Shown in pieces: positions 39,819-47,742 of a stretch of 64,000 bases of DNA. Location: the IMG/VR virus record IMGVR_UViG_3300035390_000014, positions 96,001 through 160,000 of that record; one strand, 5' to 3'. Position 1 is the stretch's first letter, and each line of letters begins with the position of its first letter. Both the position numbers and the translations under genes were made by a program. This DNA is from a virus (Duplodnaviria > Caudoviricetes). The notes beneath the pieces are model-generated. The model was not told the DNA's origin. It ran no database searches and saw only the letters and a program-made list of their open reading frames with translations.

Positions 39819-40124
39819 ATGATGTGTATAGGAGAATTAGTTATGACTTGGGATTGGGAAAAATTAATAGATGAACAACAAAAAAAAGAACAAGAAAAAC
39901 AGAAATCCAAACCAATAAAAAAATCAATATCTACTAAAATTCTAACATGGTTTGAAAATAACATGATTGTATTTTATTTATTATTGGCATTGTTAATTAT
40001 AGGATTTGTATTTTCAATGTTTTGGATTACTAAAACTGGCAGTTATTGGCTATTCTATGAGGACATGGTCCAGGATACAATTAAAGAAATGGTAAAACCA
40101 GAGTACTTAATTCATCTTAAATAA
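39819..40124 (+). CDS. single-pass membrane protein
   Basis: Hydrophobic segment; follows motif A. Confidence 0.55.
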   Translation: MMCIGELVMTWDWEKLIDEQQKKEQEKQKSKPIKKSISTKILTWFENNMIVFYLLLALLIIGFVFSMFWITKTGSYWLFYEDMVQDTIKEMVKPEYLIHLK

Positions 40125-40160
40125 GAACATAATATAAATCCTAATCAAGGAGATTATATT

Positions 40161-40784
40161 ATGACTGAAATATTTAATGATAATGAAGGTAATTCTTCAT
40201 CAATGAATTTAGTTTGGTTATTATCATTAATAACAATCGTAGGAACTTGGATATTATTATCAATAAAAACTGGTACATTGCAACATGTTACTGGTGGTGA
40301 TGCTTTATGGTTTACATCTTTATTTAGCGGAAAGATAGTTCAAAATTTTTATGAAAAGAGAAAACCATCACCAATACCAGTACCAGGTGTCAAATCTGGA
40401 ATAATTCAAGATAGTGAAGGCAACATAAGTCTTTCTAGAATAGTATGGATATTAGCTGTATTAGGAATAGTAGGAACTTGGGCATTTATATCTTTTAAGT
40501 TAGCATTATTACAACATTTTTCAACTGGTGATGCTGCTTGGTTTACTGCTTTATTTGGTAGTAAGGTTGGTGGAACTGTCATTGAAAGGAGTAATTATGC
40601 TTCTTACGGTGAAGGCGACTATGATGATTCAGATGGTTTTGAAAGATCAATGGGAGATGGAGAAATGGGATCTGCCGATAAAGATAAATTGATTATCCAA
40701 CTTCAAGAAACGATTAAAGTCCAAACAGATTTTAATAAAAATTTAGTTGAAACAATACATCCTAAAGATAAAGAGGAATTATAA
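40161..40784 (+). CDS. membrane protein with internal tandem duplication (holin-like candidate)
   Basis: D.EGN.S...VW.L..GTW..H...GDA.WFT.LF..K occurs twice. Confidence 0.55.
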   Translation: MTEIFNDNEGNSSSMNLVWLLSLITIVGTWILLSIKTGTLQHVTGGDALWFTSLFSGKIVQNFYEKRKPSPIPVPGVKSGIIQDSEGNISLSRIVWILAVLGIVGTWAFISFKLALLQHFSTGDAAWFTALFGSKVGGTVIERSNYASYGEGDYDDSDGFERSMGDGEMGSADKDKLIIQLQETIKVQTDFNKNLVETIHPKDKEEL

Positions 40785-41323
40785 TGACTAAAAAACTATT
40801 ATATGAAACTTATCTTGAAAAAACAGGTGATAGAATTTCTTTTGAAGAATGGATATTATCAGAATCTAAAGTGAAGAAATTAGGTTCTTATTGGGATGCA
40901 ATGAAACGATATGGAATTGTTGGATTAGCTTCTTATATATCTGGAAATAAAAGTATAACTGATAGTGCAACTGGTGGAGTATTATCAGTTCCTCTTAGTA
41001 TGGTATTATCTGCTGGATATAAAAAAACATCATCTATTTGTGCATCTAGATGTAAAAATCAATTATGTAAACAAAAATGTTATTTAAATTCATGTGGTAT
41101 AGTAATAAAAGAAATACATGATGCAATGAAAGATGTTAAATCTAAAACAAAAGATTCAAAAAAAATATTAAAAAAATTAGACAAACAACTAGTTAAATGG
41201 GTTAAAAGATATAACCAACATAGAAGTAAAATTAAAGAACTAGTTGATGAAGAACAGAAACCAGATAATAATTCAGTTGCAAGTATGGCTAAATATTATG
41301 TAGGTAACCAGGATGATTTATAA
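40784..41323 (+). CDS. hypothetical protein
   Basis: ORF track. Confidence 0.55.
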   Translation: MTKKLLYETYLEKTGDRISFEEWILSESKVKKLGSYWDAMKRYGIVGLASYISGNKSITDSATGGVLSVPLSMVLSAGYKKTSSICASRCKNQLCKQKCYLNSCGIVIKEIHDAMKDVKSKTKDSKKILKKLDKQLVKWVKRYNQHRSKIKELVDEEQKPDNNSVASMAKYYVGNQDDL

Positions 41324-41328
41324 ATAAT

Positions 41329-41402
41329 GGGGACATCGTATAGCGGGAATACATTGCCCTTGCACGGCAAAAACCAGAGTTCGATTCTCTGTGTCTCCAC
41401 CA
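41329..41402 (+). tRNA. tRNA-Ala(UGC)
   Basis: GGGGACA/TGTCTCC with G3:U70, TTGCC-CTTGCAC-GGCAA. Confidence 0.93.
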
Positions 41403-41464
41403 TTATTAATTCATTATAAAAAACAATTATTATATATATTAATAACTATAATGCAACACATTAA

Positions 41465-41618
41465 TTTGTATTTTATAAAAGGTTAAGAACGGAAAGATTA
41501 TACATAAAATAACTCAGGTGGTAGAGTATTTGCCTCAAAAGCAAACTGTCGTTGGTTCAATTCCAACTTTTAACAAAACCTAATCTTTTATATTACTTAA
41601 CCTTTTATAAGATACAAA
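41465..41618 (+). ncRNA. Y-RNA-like unit 1 (tRNA body joined at the acceptor end)
   Basis: 23-bp terminal IR, GAACG/ATTACT internal loop; D arm, TTTGC-CTCAAAA-GCAAA, T arm GTTGG-TTCAATT-CCAAC. Confidence 0.8.
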
Positions 41619-41622
41619 TTTA

Positions 41623-41761
41623 AATGAGAGAACGAAAAATGATTACAGATTATTACTATGATTAAGTAAAGGTCGCAGGTTCGAGTCCTGTCATAAGGGA
41701 AACTTTATGTAACTCAGTTGGTAGAGATTATATCAACAATCATTTTTATATTACTCTCATT
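41623..41761 (+). ncRNA. Y-RNA-like unit 2 (circularly permuted tRNA: anticodon, T, acceptor, D)
   Basis: AATGAGAG/CTCTCATT stem; TTACT-ATGATTA-AGTAA; GCAGG-TTCGAGT-CCTGT; CATAAG/CTTTATG; ACTC-AGTTGGTA-GAG. Confidence 0.8.
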
Positions 41762-41872
41762 ACATTTTTGTAGATCGCCGGTGGGTGACTATGCACCTTG
41801 GAAAACATAACTTTAGATGACTGGTAATTATCCGGTATATATCTAATTTCCCGGGGATCTACAATACAATTT

Positions 41873-42002
41873 GCCCTCATTGAGAGCGTTTCTACCAAGG
41901 AGCCATAATGTTGAATCTAGATAGATGTTATGGAAATTGATTAGAGCGAGAGGTATTCTCATTGGTCTTAGGATCAGATAGGTTCGAGTCCTATTGGGGG
42001 CT
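41873..42002 (+). ncRNA. tRNA-like RNA (acceptor plus T arm) with large central domain
   Basis: GCCCTCA/TGGGGGC, ATAGG-TTCGAGT-CCTAT; nested stems TGAGA/TCTCA and CCATAA/TTATGG. Confidence 0.55.
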
Positions 42003-42012
42003 GAATAATTTT

Positions 42013-42160
42013 AATGGAAGAACGGAAAATAATTACAGTAGTCCATTAGGAGGACGTGTTTGGAGGTTCGAATCCTTCTTTCCCCACCACACATTTATGG
42101 GGAAATAGGCAAACTGGTACAGCCGCGTAATACAACAATTATTTTTAAATTACTTCCATT
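42013..42160 (+). ncRNA. Y-RNA-like unit 3 (permuted tRNA with internal ACCA)
   Basis: AATGGAAG/CTTCCATT; GTCC-ATTAGGA-GGAC; GGAGG-TTCGAAT-CCTTC; TTTCCCCA/TGGGGAAA; D arm GGC..GCC. Confidence 0.8.
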
Positions 42161-42240
42161 ACTTTTTTATGCCGGGTGATACGTATGTTTATCCATACGC
42201 CGGCTCCATTATTATAATAATAAAAAACAGGGAGATTAGG

Positions 42241-42717
42241 ATGAAAATGAAAACAAGTTTAATTTATGGTTTAATTTTGGTAATGGTTTCTATGTTAGCA
42301 ATTTCATGTAGTCAAAGGAAATTGGTAACAACTCCTGTTTTTAAAATGACTATTGCTGAAGTAAAAGTTGCAGCTCCTGAACCTGCAACAGTAACTGATA
42401 TCAGAGAAAGCATAATGTTTAAATATGATAGCTCTGTTATTGAAGAAATTGAAATGAAAAAGGTTGAAGAAATTGCTGGAGTAATGGCACTTTATTCTGA
42501 TACAGACCTAGTCCTTAAAGGTTATGCAAGTTCAGAAGGTACAACCGAATATAATACTGAACTTTCTTTAGCAAGGGCTGAAGTTGTAAAAGCTGAATTA
42601 CTAAGCCTGGGTGTTTCAGAAGATCGCATTCTTATACTAGGTCATGGAGCAACCAATGAATTTGGTGAGCTTCTAGATTTAAACAGAAGAGTCCTTGTTT
42701 TAAGCATGGATGAATAA
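42241..42717 (+). CDS. OmpA-family peptidoglycan-binding lipoprotein
   Basis: LAIS-C lipobox; GYASSEG..YN..LS..RA..VK; NRRV. Confidence 0.85.
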   Translation: MKMKTSLIYGLILVMVSMLAISCSQRKLVTTPVFKMTIAEVKVAAPEPATVTDIRESIMFKYDSSVIEEIEMKKVEEIAGVMALYSDTDLVLKGYASSEGTTEYNTELSLARAEVVKAELLSLGVSEDRILILGHGATNEFGELLDLNRRVLVLSMDE

Positions 42718-42725
42718 CAATATTT

Positions 42726-42810
42726 AAGTCAGAACGAAAAGAGATTACAGTAAAAATTAATGCTTCCAAACAGCAATACAATACAACAATTTCTTTTGAA
42801 TTACTGACTT
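42726..42810 (+). ncRNA. Y-RNA-like unit 4 (stem plus single hairpin)
   Basis: AAGTCAG/CTGACTT, GAACG/ATTACT; TGCT-TCCAAAC-AGCA. Confidence 0.7.
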
Positions 42811-42824
42811 TACATTTTTAAACT

Positions 42825-43090
42825 ATATGAGGTTTGTCGTTTTGAAATATGAAACGAATACTTTAATCAGGATTTGTATTTTGCTATTTTATTGCCCTGG
42901 ATAATACCGGCCCCCAATGGGACTGCCTGGTTACTGGGCCTGCATAACCCACGCGCGTGGTTGGCACTTTAGATCCTGAAAAAGTAAAAAATAGCTGAAA
43001 ACGTGGAGACTATCCACTACTAGATTTGACAACCTAGAAACTAGTACACAGTAAGCTGAGATTGTCAGTCTTAGAATCTGTGCCTCATAT
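42825..43090 (+). ncRNA. unclassified structured RNA, ~265 nt
   Basis: ATATGAGG/CCTCATAT closing stem, several nested stems, GC-rich core, possible pseudoknot. Confidence 0.55.
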
Positions 43091-43102
43091 TACAATTTTT
43101 AG

Positions 43103-43249
43103 AGAGTTAGAACGAAAAAATATTCCAGATATACAATATAGGTTCAATCCCTATTTTGGGCTCCAAGCATGCCCATGCTGACAATTGGCTGTCAACTTGT
43201 CTTAAACAACAGGTGTAATAAATAAAATATTTTTTAAATTACTAACTCT
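43103..43249 (+). ncRNA. Y-RNA-like unit 5 (permuted tRNA: T, acceptor, D, anticodon)
   Basis: AGAGTTAG/CTAACTCT; ATAGG-TTCAATC-CCTAT; TGGGC/GCCCA; TGAC/GTCA; CTTGT/ACAGG. Confidence 0.8.
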
Positions 43250-43350
43250 TTTATTTAAAATATTCGTCATAACCTTAACCAGTTATGACGAATATTTTTT
43301 TGCCGACAATAGGAACGAATCATTTTAAACGTGAAAAGGAGAAAATCCGA

Positions 43351-44958
43351 ATGGTTAATTTACCTGTTCGAATTGAAGAAAAATTTGTTAACGCAAATTT
43401 AAGAAAAATTGGGCAAGACATTGAAACAACTATGTCTTTATTTGGCACTGATATGAACAGAGCTACACATTATAACACCAAAGAAGAGTTAGCAGCTATG
43501 AGCGAAAAAGAACATAGAAATATGTTTTCTATTGATCGTTCAATCTATGGCTGTATTGCTTGTCTACCTGGTACAACTGATATTTCTAAAATGAAAGTTG
43601 TTACCAATCTTTTAGGTATCTCATGGGAGCATGGATCTGATTTTCAAGTCACTACTCCTATTCTTACAATAGAACAGGAAAGATTAATCATTGATCATCT
43701 GGTATCAACACTTCCTCCAAATAGAATGATAAATTTGTTTGCTTCTTTTGAGGATAGTCGAGTTAACAATACCCGTATGAGAAAAACAGTTCTTCCTTTT
43801 ATTCTTAACTCAGGTAGTCTTGGGTGGTGGGCAGTTAAGTATAGAAGTAAATTGAAAACTGTATTATCTCATTGTTGGGGTAAAAAGATGACAAGTGTTA
43901 TTGTTTCTATCATTGGGAAAAGAGCAAAGACCCAAAAAGAAAATGATATCCTTGATTCCTTTATTGGTAAGTATATTGTTATCGTTGAGAAGACTAAACG
44001 TAAGGCTATATTTGAATGTCTACGTTTTATCTTTTCTGTTGGTGATAATTTTACCAACCATCTTTTTGTAAATTTCCATGCTTCAAAAACTGATTTCTCA
44101 AAAGCAAAAGGTTTGCCAAAAGAAGTAATTGAAGGTATAAGAGCGGCTTATCACCCAACTCTGGATAAAGCTGAAACCTTAAAAGTTGCTGAGTCGTCAA
44201 TGACTAACAAGGAAAAACGTTTGGTCCAAAACCAGGCTGTTAAAACTGGAGTTAAAATTGAATGGGACCCTAAGACACAACCATTGGTCGAACTCTTTAT
44301 ATACGGGTTTAAAATGGGGTTCACCAATGCAATACATGATGCTATTCTACAAAAATCTGATAGAGCTGGTCAAGCATTGCCATTTACCTATGATAAAGTT
44401 GGGATCATTTGTGACGATAGTTTTTCAATGAGTGGTTCTGAAGATCAGAAACTGAAAGCATTGGCTATAAGTTATGCTACAGTTGAAACATTGAAAGGTG
44501 TTGGTTCTACGACTCTGGTGGCATCTACTTCTGGTAGACGTCCATCATATACCAATAGTCCAATGGGTGAATCAAATCTGGCAAAACCTTTACTTAAATT
44601 GTTAAAGAGAGATGTAGATGTTATCTTTGTTGTATCTGATGGTTATGAAAATGCACCAGAAGGTAGATTTGGAGAAGTGTTGAAAATTGCCAGGGATAAA
44701 GCTGGAGTAACAACCCCAGTATATCATTTTAATCCAGTTGGAGCTGCTGAAAGTAAAGTTGCTGTAAAAAGATTATCTAATGATGTTCCGGTGACTCCGG
44801 TGACTAATCCAGAGAAAATGGGTCTTTCATTATTTAAGACAATGATAGCAGCTGATCCAAAACAAGGGATTGTTAGATTGTTTAACATGGTTCTTCCAGA
44901 ATTGGAAAAGACTAAACTATTATACTCTCGGGTTAACCTAGAAGCTATAAGCGAATAA
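43351..44958 (+). CDS. TROVE/Ro60-like protein with C-terminal vWA domain
   Basis: vWA MIDAS CDDSFSMSG and SDGYEN; long predicted helical N-terminus; start at ATG 43351 after AAGGAG. The TROVE relationship is inferred. Confidence 0.65.
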   Translation: MVNLPVRIEEKFVNANLRKIGQDIETTMSLFGTDMNRATHYNTKEELAAMSEKEHRNMFSIDRSIYGCIACLPGTTDISKMKVVTNLLGISWEHGSDFQVTTPILTIEQERLIIDHLVSTLPPNRMINLFASFEDSRVNNTRMRKTVLPFILNSGSLGWWAVKYRSKLKTVLSHCWGKKMTSVIVSIIGKRAKTQKENDILDSFIGKYIVIVEKTKRKAIFECLRFIFSVGDNFTNHLFVNFHASKTDFSKAKGLPKEVIEGIRAAYHPTLDKAETLKVAESSMTNKEKRLVQNQAVKTGVKIEWDPKTQPLVELFIYGFKMGFTNAIHDAILQKSDRAGQALPFTYDKVGIICDDSFSMSGSEDQKLKALAISYATVETLKGVGSTTLVASTSGRRPSYTNSPMGESNLAKPLLKLLKRDVDVIFVVSDGYENAPEGRFGEVLKIARDKAGVTTPVYHFNPVGAAESKVAVKRLSNDVPVTPVTNPEKMGLSLFKTMIAADPKQGIVRLFNMVLPELEKTKLLYSRVNLEAISE

Positions 44959-44968
44959 GGAGAATAAA

Positions 44969-45994
44969 ATGGAAATTACAATTGCAGAAGTGTTGAAAGG
45001 ATGTACTCCTGGTCGTATGCAAAGCGCTGGGTATATGCAGATGGTTCCATTACTATCTGAACCTGATATGATTGATAAAAGATTTGGAGCATTTACTGGA
45101 ATACTATCAAGTACCCATGATTATGGAACAGTTCATTTAGAAAATAAAGAAGACTTTCCAACAATCATGCCCATGGGAACTGCTATTTTAACTACACAAA
45201 GTGCTCAGAATCATGCTCTTGGTAAAGTTAAATTAATGACCAGAATGTCCGAATCAAATATTGATACAGCAGCTTGTATCCAGGATACTCAGGGTGGGAT
45301 CATTAGAAGCGGTGTTCATAGTTTATCAATCCTCCCATATTCAATTCGTGAGAAAGCGTTGGAAATAAAGGATAAGAGAGGTTATAGTAAACTATGGCCT
45401 GCTATCAAAGTATTTAATGAGGAAGTTGGGATTGAAGAAGGTAACTACCGTTCCATGGGTCATCTTGAACATTACCTGGAAACATTTGGTGATAAGCTTG
45501 ACGAGTTCATTGGTCAGTTTGAAATTGTTCCAAATCAAGTCGGAGCAATTATTTTGTTAAATGGTCAAATTGCTGGTGTTGAAAGAGCACCCAATTATGA
45601 TTTCTGGAAAGAATTGTGGAAACCATTGATTCGTGAATGTTATGGTTCTGCATCTTTGGTATTTGCTAAGAAAGGTGAGAAACCTTCACCACCACTTGGA
45701 AGAATGCCGATTAATGATCACTTGGTTAAAAACATTGATGATCTTGAAACTGAATATAATAAGGCTGAAAAACATGAAGAAGATACTGTAAAGAATCTTA
45801 TTCGGAATTTTATTCAGCAACCATTTACTGCCACTCGGGAAGAAAATGAACCCAATGGTACTATTTGTGTGGATCATCTTAGTGGTGGTCAATTCACTGG
45901 ACAGATTGTTAGAGACAGCGCATTTGTTGTTTATGCCAGTCTGGTTCCAGATAAGAATGCTCGATTTAATACAGCAGCAGCATTTACAATTTAA
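44969..45994 (+). CDS. ARPP/DUF6569-like protein
   Basis: QMVPLL, G..L....AQNH, AACIQ..QGG, QVGAIILLNG..AGVE resemble ARPP-type domains recalled as vWA gene neighbours. Confidence 0.5.
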   Translation: MEITIAEVLKGCTPGRMQSAGYMQMVPLLSEPDMIDKRFGAFTGILSSTHDYGTVHLENKEDFPTIMPMGTAILTTQSAQNHALGKVKLMTRMSESNIDTAACIQDTQGGIIRSGVHSLSILPYSIREKALEIKDKRGYSKLWPAIKVFNEEVGIEEGNYRSMGHLEHYLETFGDKLDEFIGQFEIVPNQVGAIILLNGQIAGVERAPNYDFWKELWKPLIRECYGSASLVFAKKGEKPSPPLGRMPINDHLVKNIDDLETEYNKAEKHEEDTVKNLIRNFIQQPFTATREENEPNGTICVDHLSGGQFTGQIVRDSAFVVYASLVPDKNARFNTAAAFTI

Positions 45995-45997
45995 TAA

Positions 45998-46144
45998 TAT
46001 GCCTACCTAACACAGTAATTGGTGAGGGTGAAAGCGTCCCGTGGAGGGAACAATGCTAATTGTCGGCAGGGTTCGACCCCCGATAAAAGCGACCGGAGCG
46101 AGCATAAAGCGGAGGTCATAAACGCAGATCATGCAAAAGGCATA
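45998..46144 (+). ncRNA. unclassified structured RNA
   Basis: TATGCCT/AGGCATA closing stem; GC-rich; TGTCGG/CCGATA arm with GGTTCGACC. Confidence 0.5.
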
Positions 46145-46145
46145 T

Positions 46146-46198
46146 AGTTGGGGTGGTGATATTAATTTATCATCATCCCAACTAACTATTTTTTTTTT
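46146..46198 (+). terminator. intrinsic terminator
   Basis: AGTTGGGGTGGTGAT/ATCATCATCCCAACT plus T-run. Confidence 0.75.
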
Positions 46199-46226
46199 GT
46201 ATTCTTTTTTATAAAAAAGGTGATGT

Positions 46227-46406
46227 ATGAAATATTTTGAAGATGATGGTAAACCAGTTAAATGTCATAAATGTGGAAGTGAAAAAATTAAATTAACAAC
46301 TAAAGATATGATTGATAATATGGTATGTGAAGTTGAATATTCATGTGGTGATTGTGGAACATATCTTGCATATTGGTCATATGGATATTTTGAAACGGAT
46401 TGTTAA
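46227..46406 (+). CDS. small zinc-ribbon protein
   Basis: Manual translation with CHKCG and CGDCG. Confidence 0.55.
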   Translation: MKYFEDDGKPVKCHKCGSEKIKLTTKDMIDNMVCEVEYSCGDCGTYLAYWSYGYFETDC

Positions 46407-46436
46407 TTTTAAATACAAATAGAACATATTATAAAT

Positions 46437-46512
46437 GGTCCCATAGCTCAGTGTGTAGAGCATCTGGCTTACATCCAGAATGTCCCTAGTTCAAATCTAG
46501 GTGGGATCACCA
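46437..46512 (+). tRNA. tRNA-Val(UAC)
   Basis: TCTGG-CTTACAT-CCAGA, A73-CCA. Confidence 0.92.
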
Positions 46513-46533
46513 AAACCAATAAGGAAAAATGAA

Positions 46534-46974
46534 ATGATTGAATCTAAACTAGTGAAAATTAAGAAATTACATAAAGATGCTATTATACCAAAATATCAAA
46601 CAATAGGTTCTGCTGGATTTGATTTAAGTTCTATTATTGATTGTAAACTTTTTCCAAATCAACAAGAGTTAATCCCAACAGGACTTTCCGTTGAAATCCC
46701 ATTAGGGACTGAATTACAAATTAGACCTAGAAGTGGACTTGCTAAAAATTCTATGATATCAATAACTAATTCACCAGGTACATTAGATTCAGACTATAGA
46801 GGTCCTATAGGAATCATTCTTATAAATCATAGTCCTTTTGTTTTTGAAATAAAGAAAGGTGATAGAGTAGCTCAAGCAGTATTATGTCCAGTGTATCAAG
46901 CTAACTTTGAAGTTGTTGATGAACTCTCAAACACAGACCGTGGAGAAAACGGTTATGGAAGCACTGGTAAATAA
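46534..46974 (+). CDS. dut: trimeric dUTPase
   Basis: AGFDL, RPRSG, GTLDSDYRG, GDRVAQ, RGENGYGSTG. Confidence 0.95.
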   Translation: MIESKLVKIKKLHKDAIIPKYQTIGSAGFDLSSIIDCKLFPNQQELIPTGLSVEIPLGTELQIRPRSGLAKNSMISITNSPGTLDSDYRGPIGIILINHSPFVFEIKKGDRVAQAVLCPVYQANFEVVDELSNTDRGENGYGSTGK

Positions 46975-47048
46975 CACTCTTTTTTAGAACAAATTATAAA
47001 TGGTTATAGGCCCGAATTAAATTTATAATTTGTTTAAGGGAGCGTTAA

Positions 47049-47357
47049 ATGGCTAAAATTGGTAAAAAACGTCTAACTGGAACTAAGTTAAGAGATTACA
47101 ATTTTATTCACTCACAAAAAAGAGCAAGACAAAGATATAATTTAGTTATATCTAGATCTAATTATGAACAGCTCTGTACGGAGATAAAACAAAAAAAATT
47201 TGTATCTCTAACGCGCACCTATAAAAAGAGTTATCAAGAAGTATACAAAGTTAAGTTTAAAAATACAACCTTGTATGTATTATATAAAGAAGATGGTAAT
47301 AGAATAACAACAATGTTACCTTTTCAAAGATTTGAAAGATTAAAAAAAGAAGCATAA
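47049..47357 (+). CDS. hypothetical basic protein
   Basis: H.QKRA.QRY..ITTML pattern. Confidence 0.55.
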   Translation: MAKIGKKRLTGTKLRDYNFIHSQKRARQRYNLVISRSNYEQLCTEIKQKKFVSLTRTYKKSYQEVYKVKFKNTTLYVLYKEDGNRITTMLPFQRFERLKKEA

Positions 47358-47363
47358 TTAAAT

Positions 47364-47446
47364 GCAGAAGTCGGTCAACGGTAGATCACCTGCCTTCCAA
47401 GCAGGCGCTTTAAGCATTGCGGGTTCGATTCCCGTCTTCTGCTCCA
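47364..47446 (+). tRNA. tRNA-Gly(UCC) with long variable arm
   Basis: GCAGAAG/CTTCTGC, U73, CCTGC-CTTCCAA-GCAGG, 13-nt variable region GCT/AGC. Confidence 0.88.
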
Positions 47447-47465
47447 AAATAAAGATGAGGTCGAT

Positions 47466-47678
47466 ATGAAATTTGAATTAATTGGTGATGAACTAAGATC
47501 ATTTCAACAATGGAATAGTGAACATAAGAAAGTATGTAAATTAATAAACGGTGAAAATCAGCCTGCTATTGGCGGTCGTCTAACATTTTCATTTACTCCA
47601 ACTGGTTTAGGTCCAGCGATCAGTGTAAAATGCGCTTGTGGTGAGATGCATAATTGCACTAATTATGATTCCTGGTAG
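47466..47678 (+). CDS. conserved small phage protein
   Basis: AIGGRLTFSFTPTGLG..VKC.CG. Confidence 0.6.
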   Translation: MKFELIGDELRSFQQWNSEHKKVCKLINGENQPAIGGRLTFSFTPTGLGPAISVKCACGEMHNCTNYDSW

Positions 47679-47742
47679 TAAACTATATATATTAATATAC
47701 ATAATATAATAAGTATTTGTATATTAATTAAAGGAGATTAAT

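Noticed and set aside
42825-43090. RNase P RNA, SRP RNA, 6S RNA or group I intron
   Set aside because: No GAGGAAAGUCC, SRP loop or clear P7 elements are recognisable, and it does not interrupt a gene
41465-43249. CRISPR array
   Set aside because: The repeats are paired, covarying stem halves of unequal sequence and spacing, not identical direct repeats; no cas genes
45998-46144. Group II intron fragment (GGTGAAAG resemblance)
   Set aside because: No GUGCG start or domain V, and far too short
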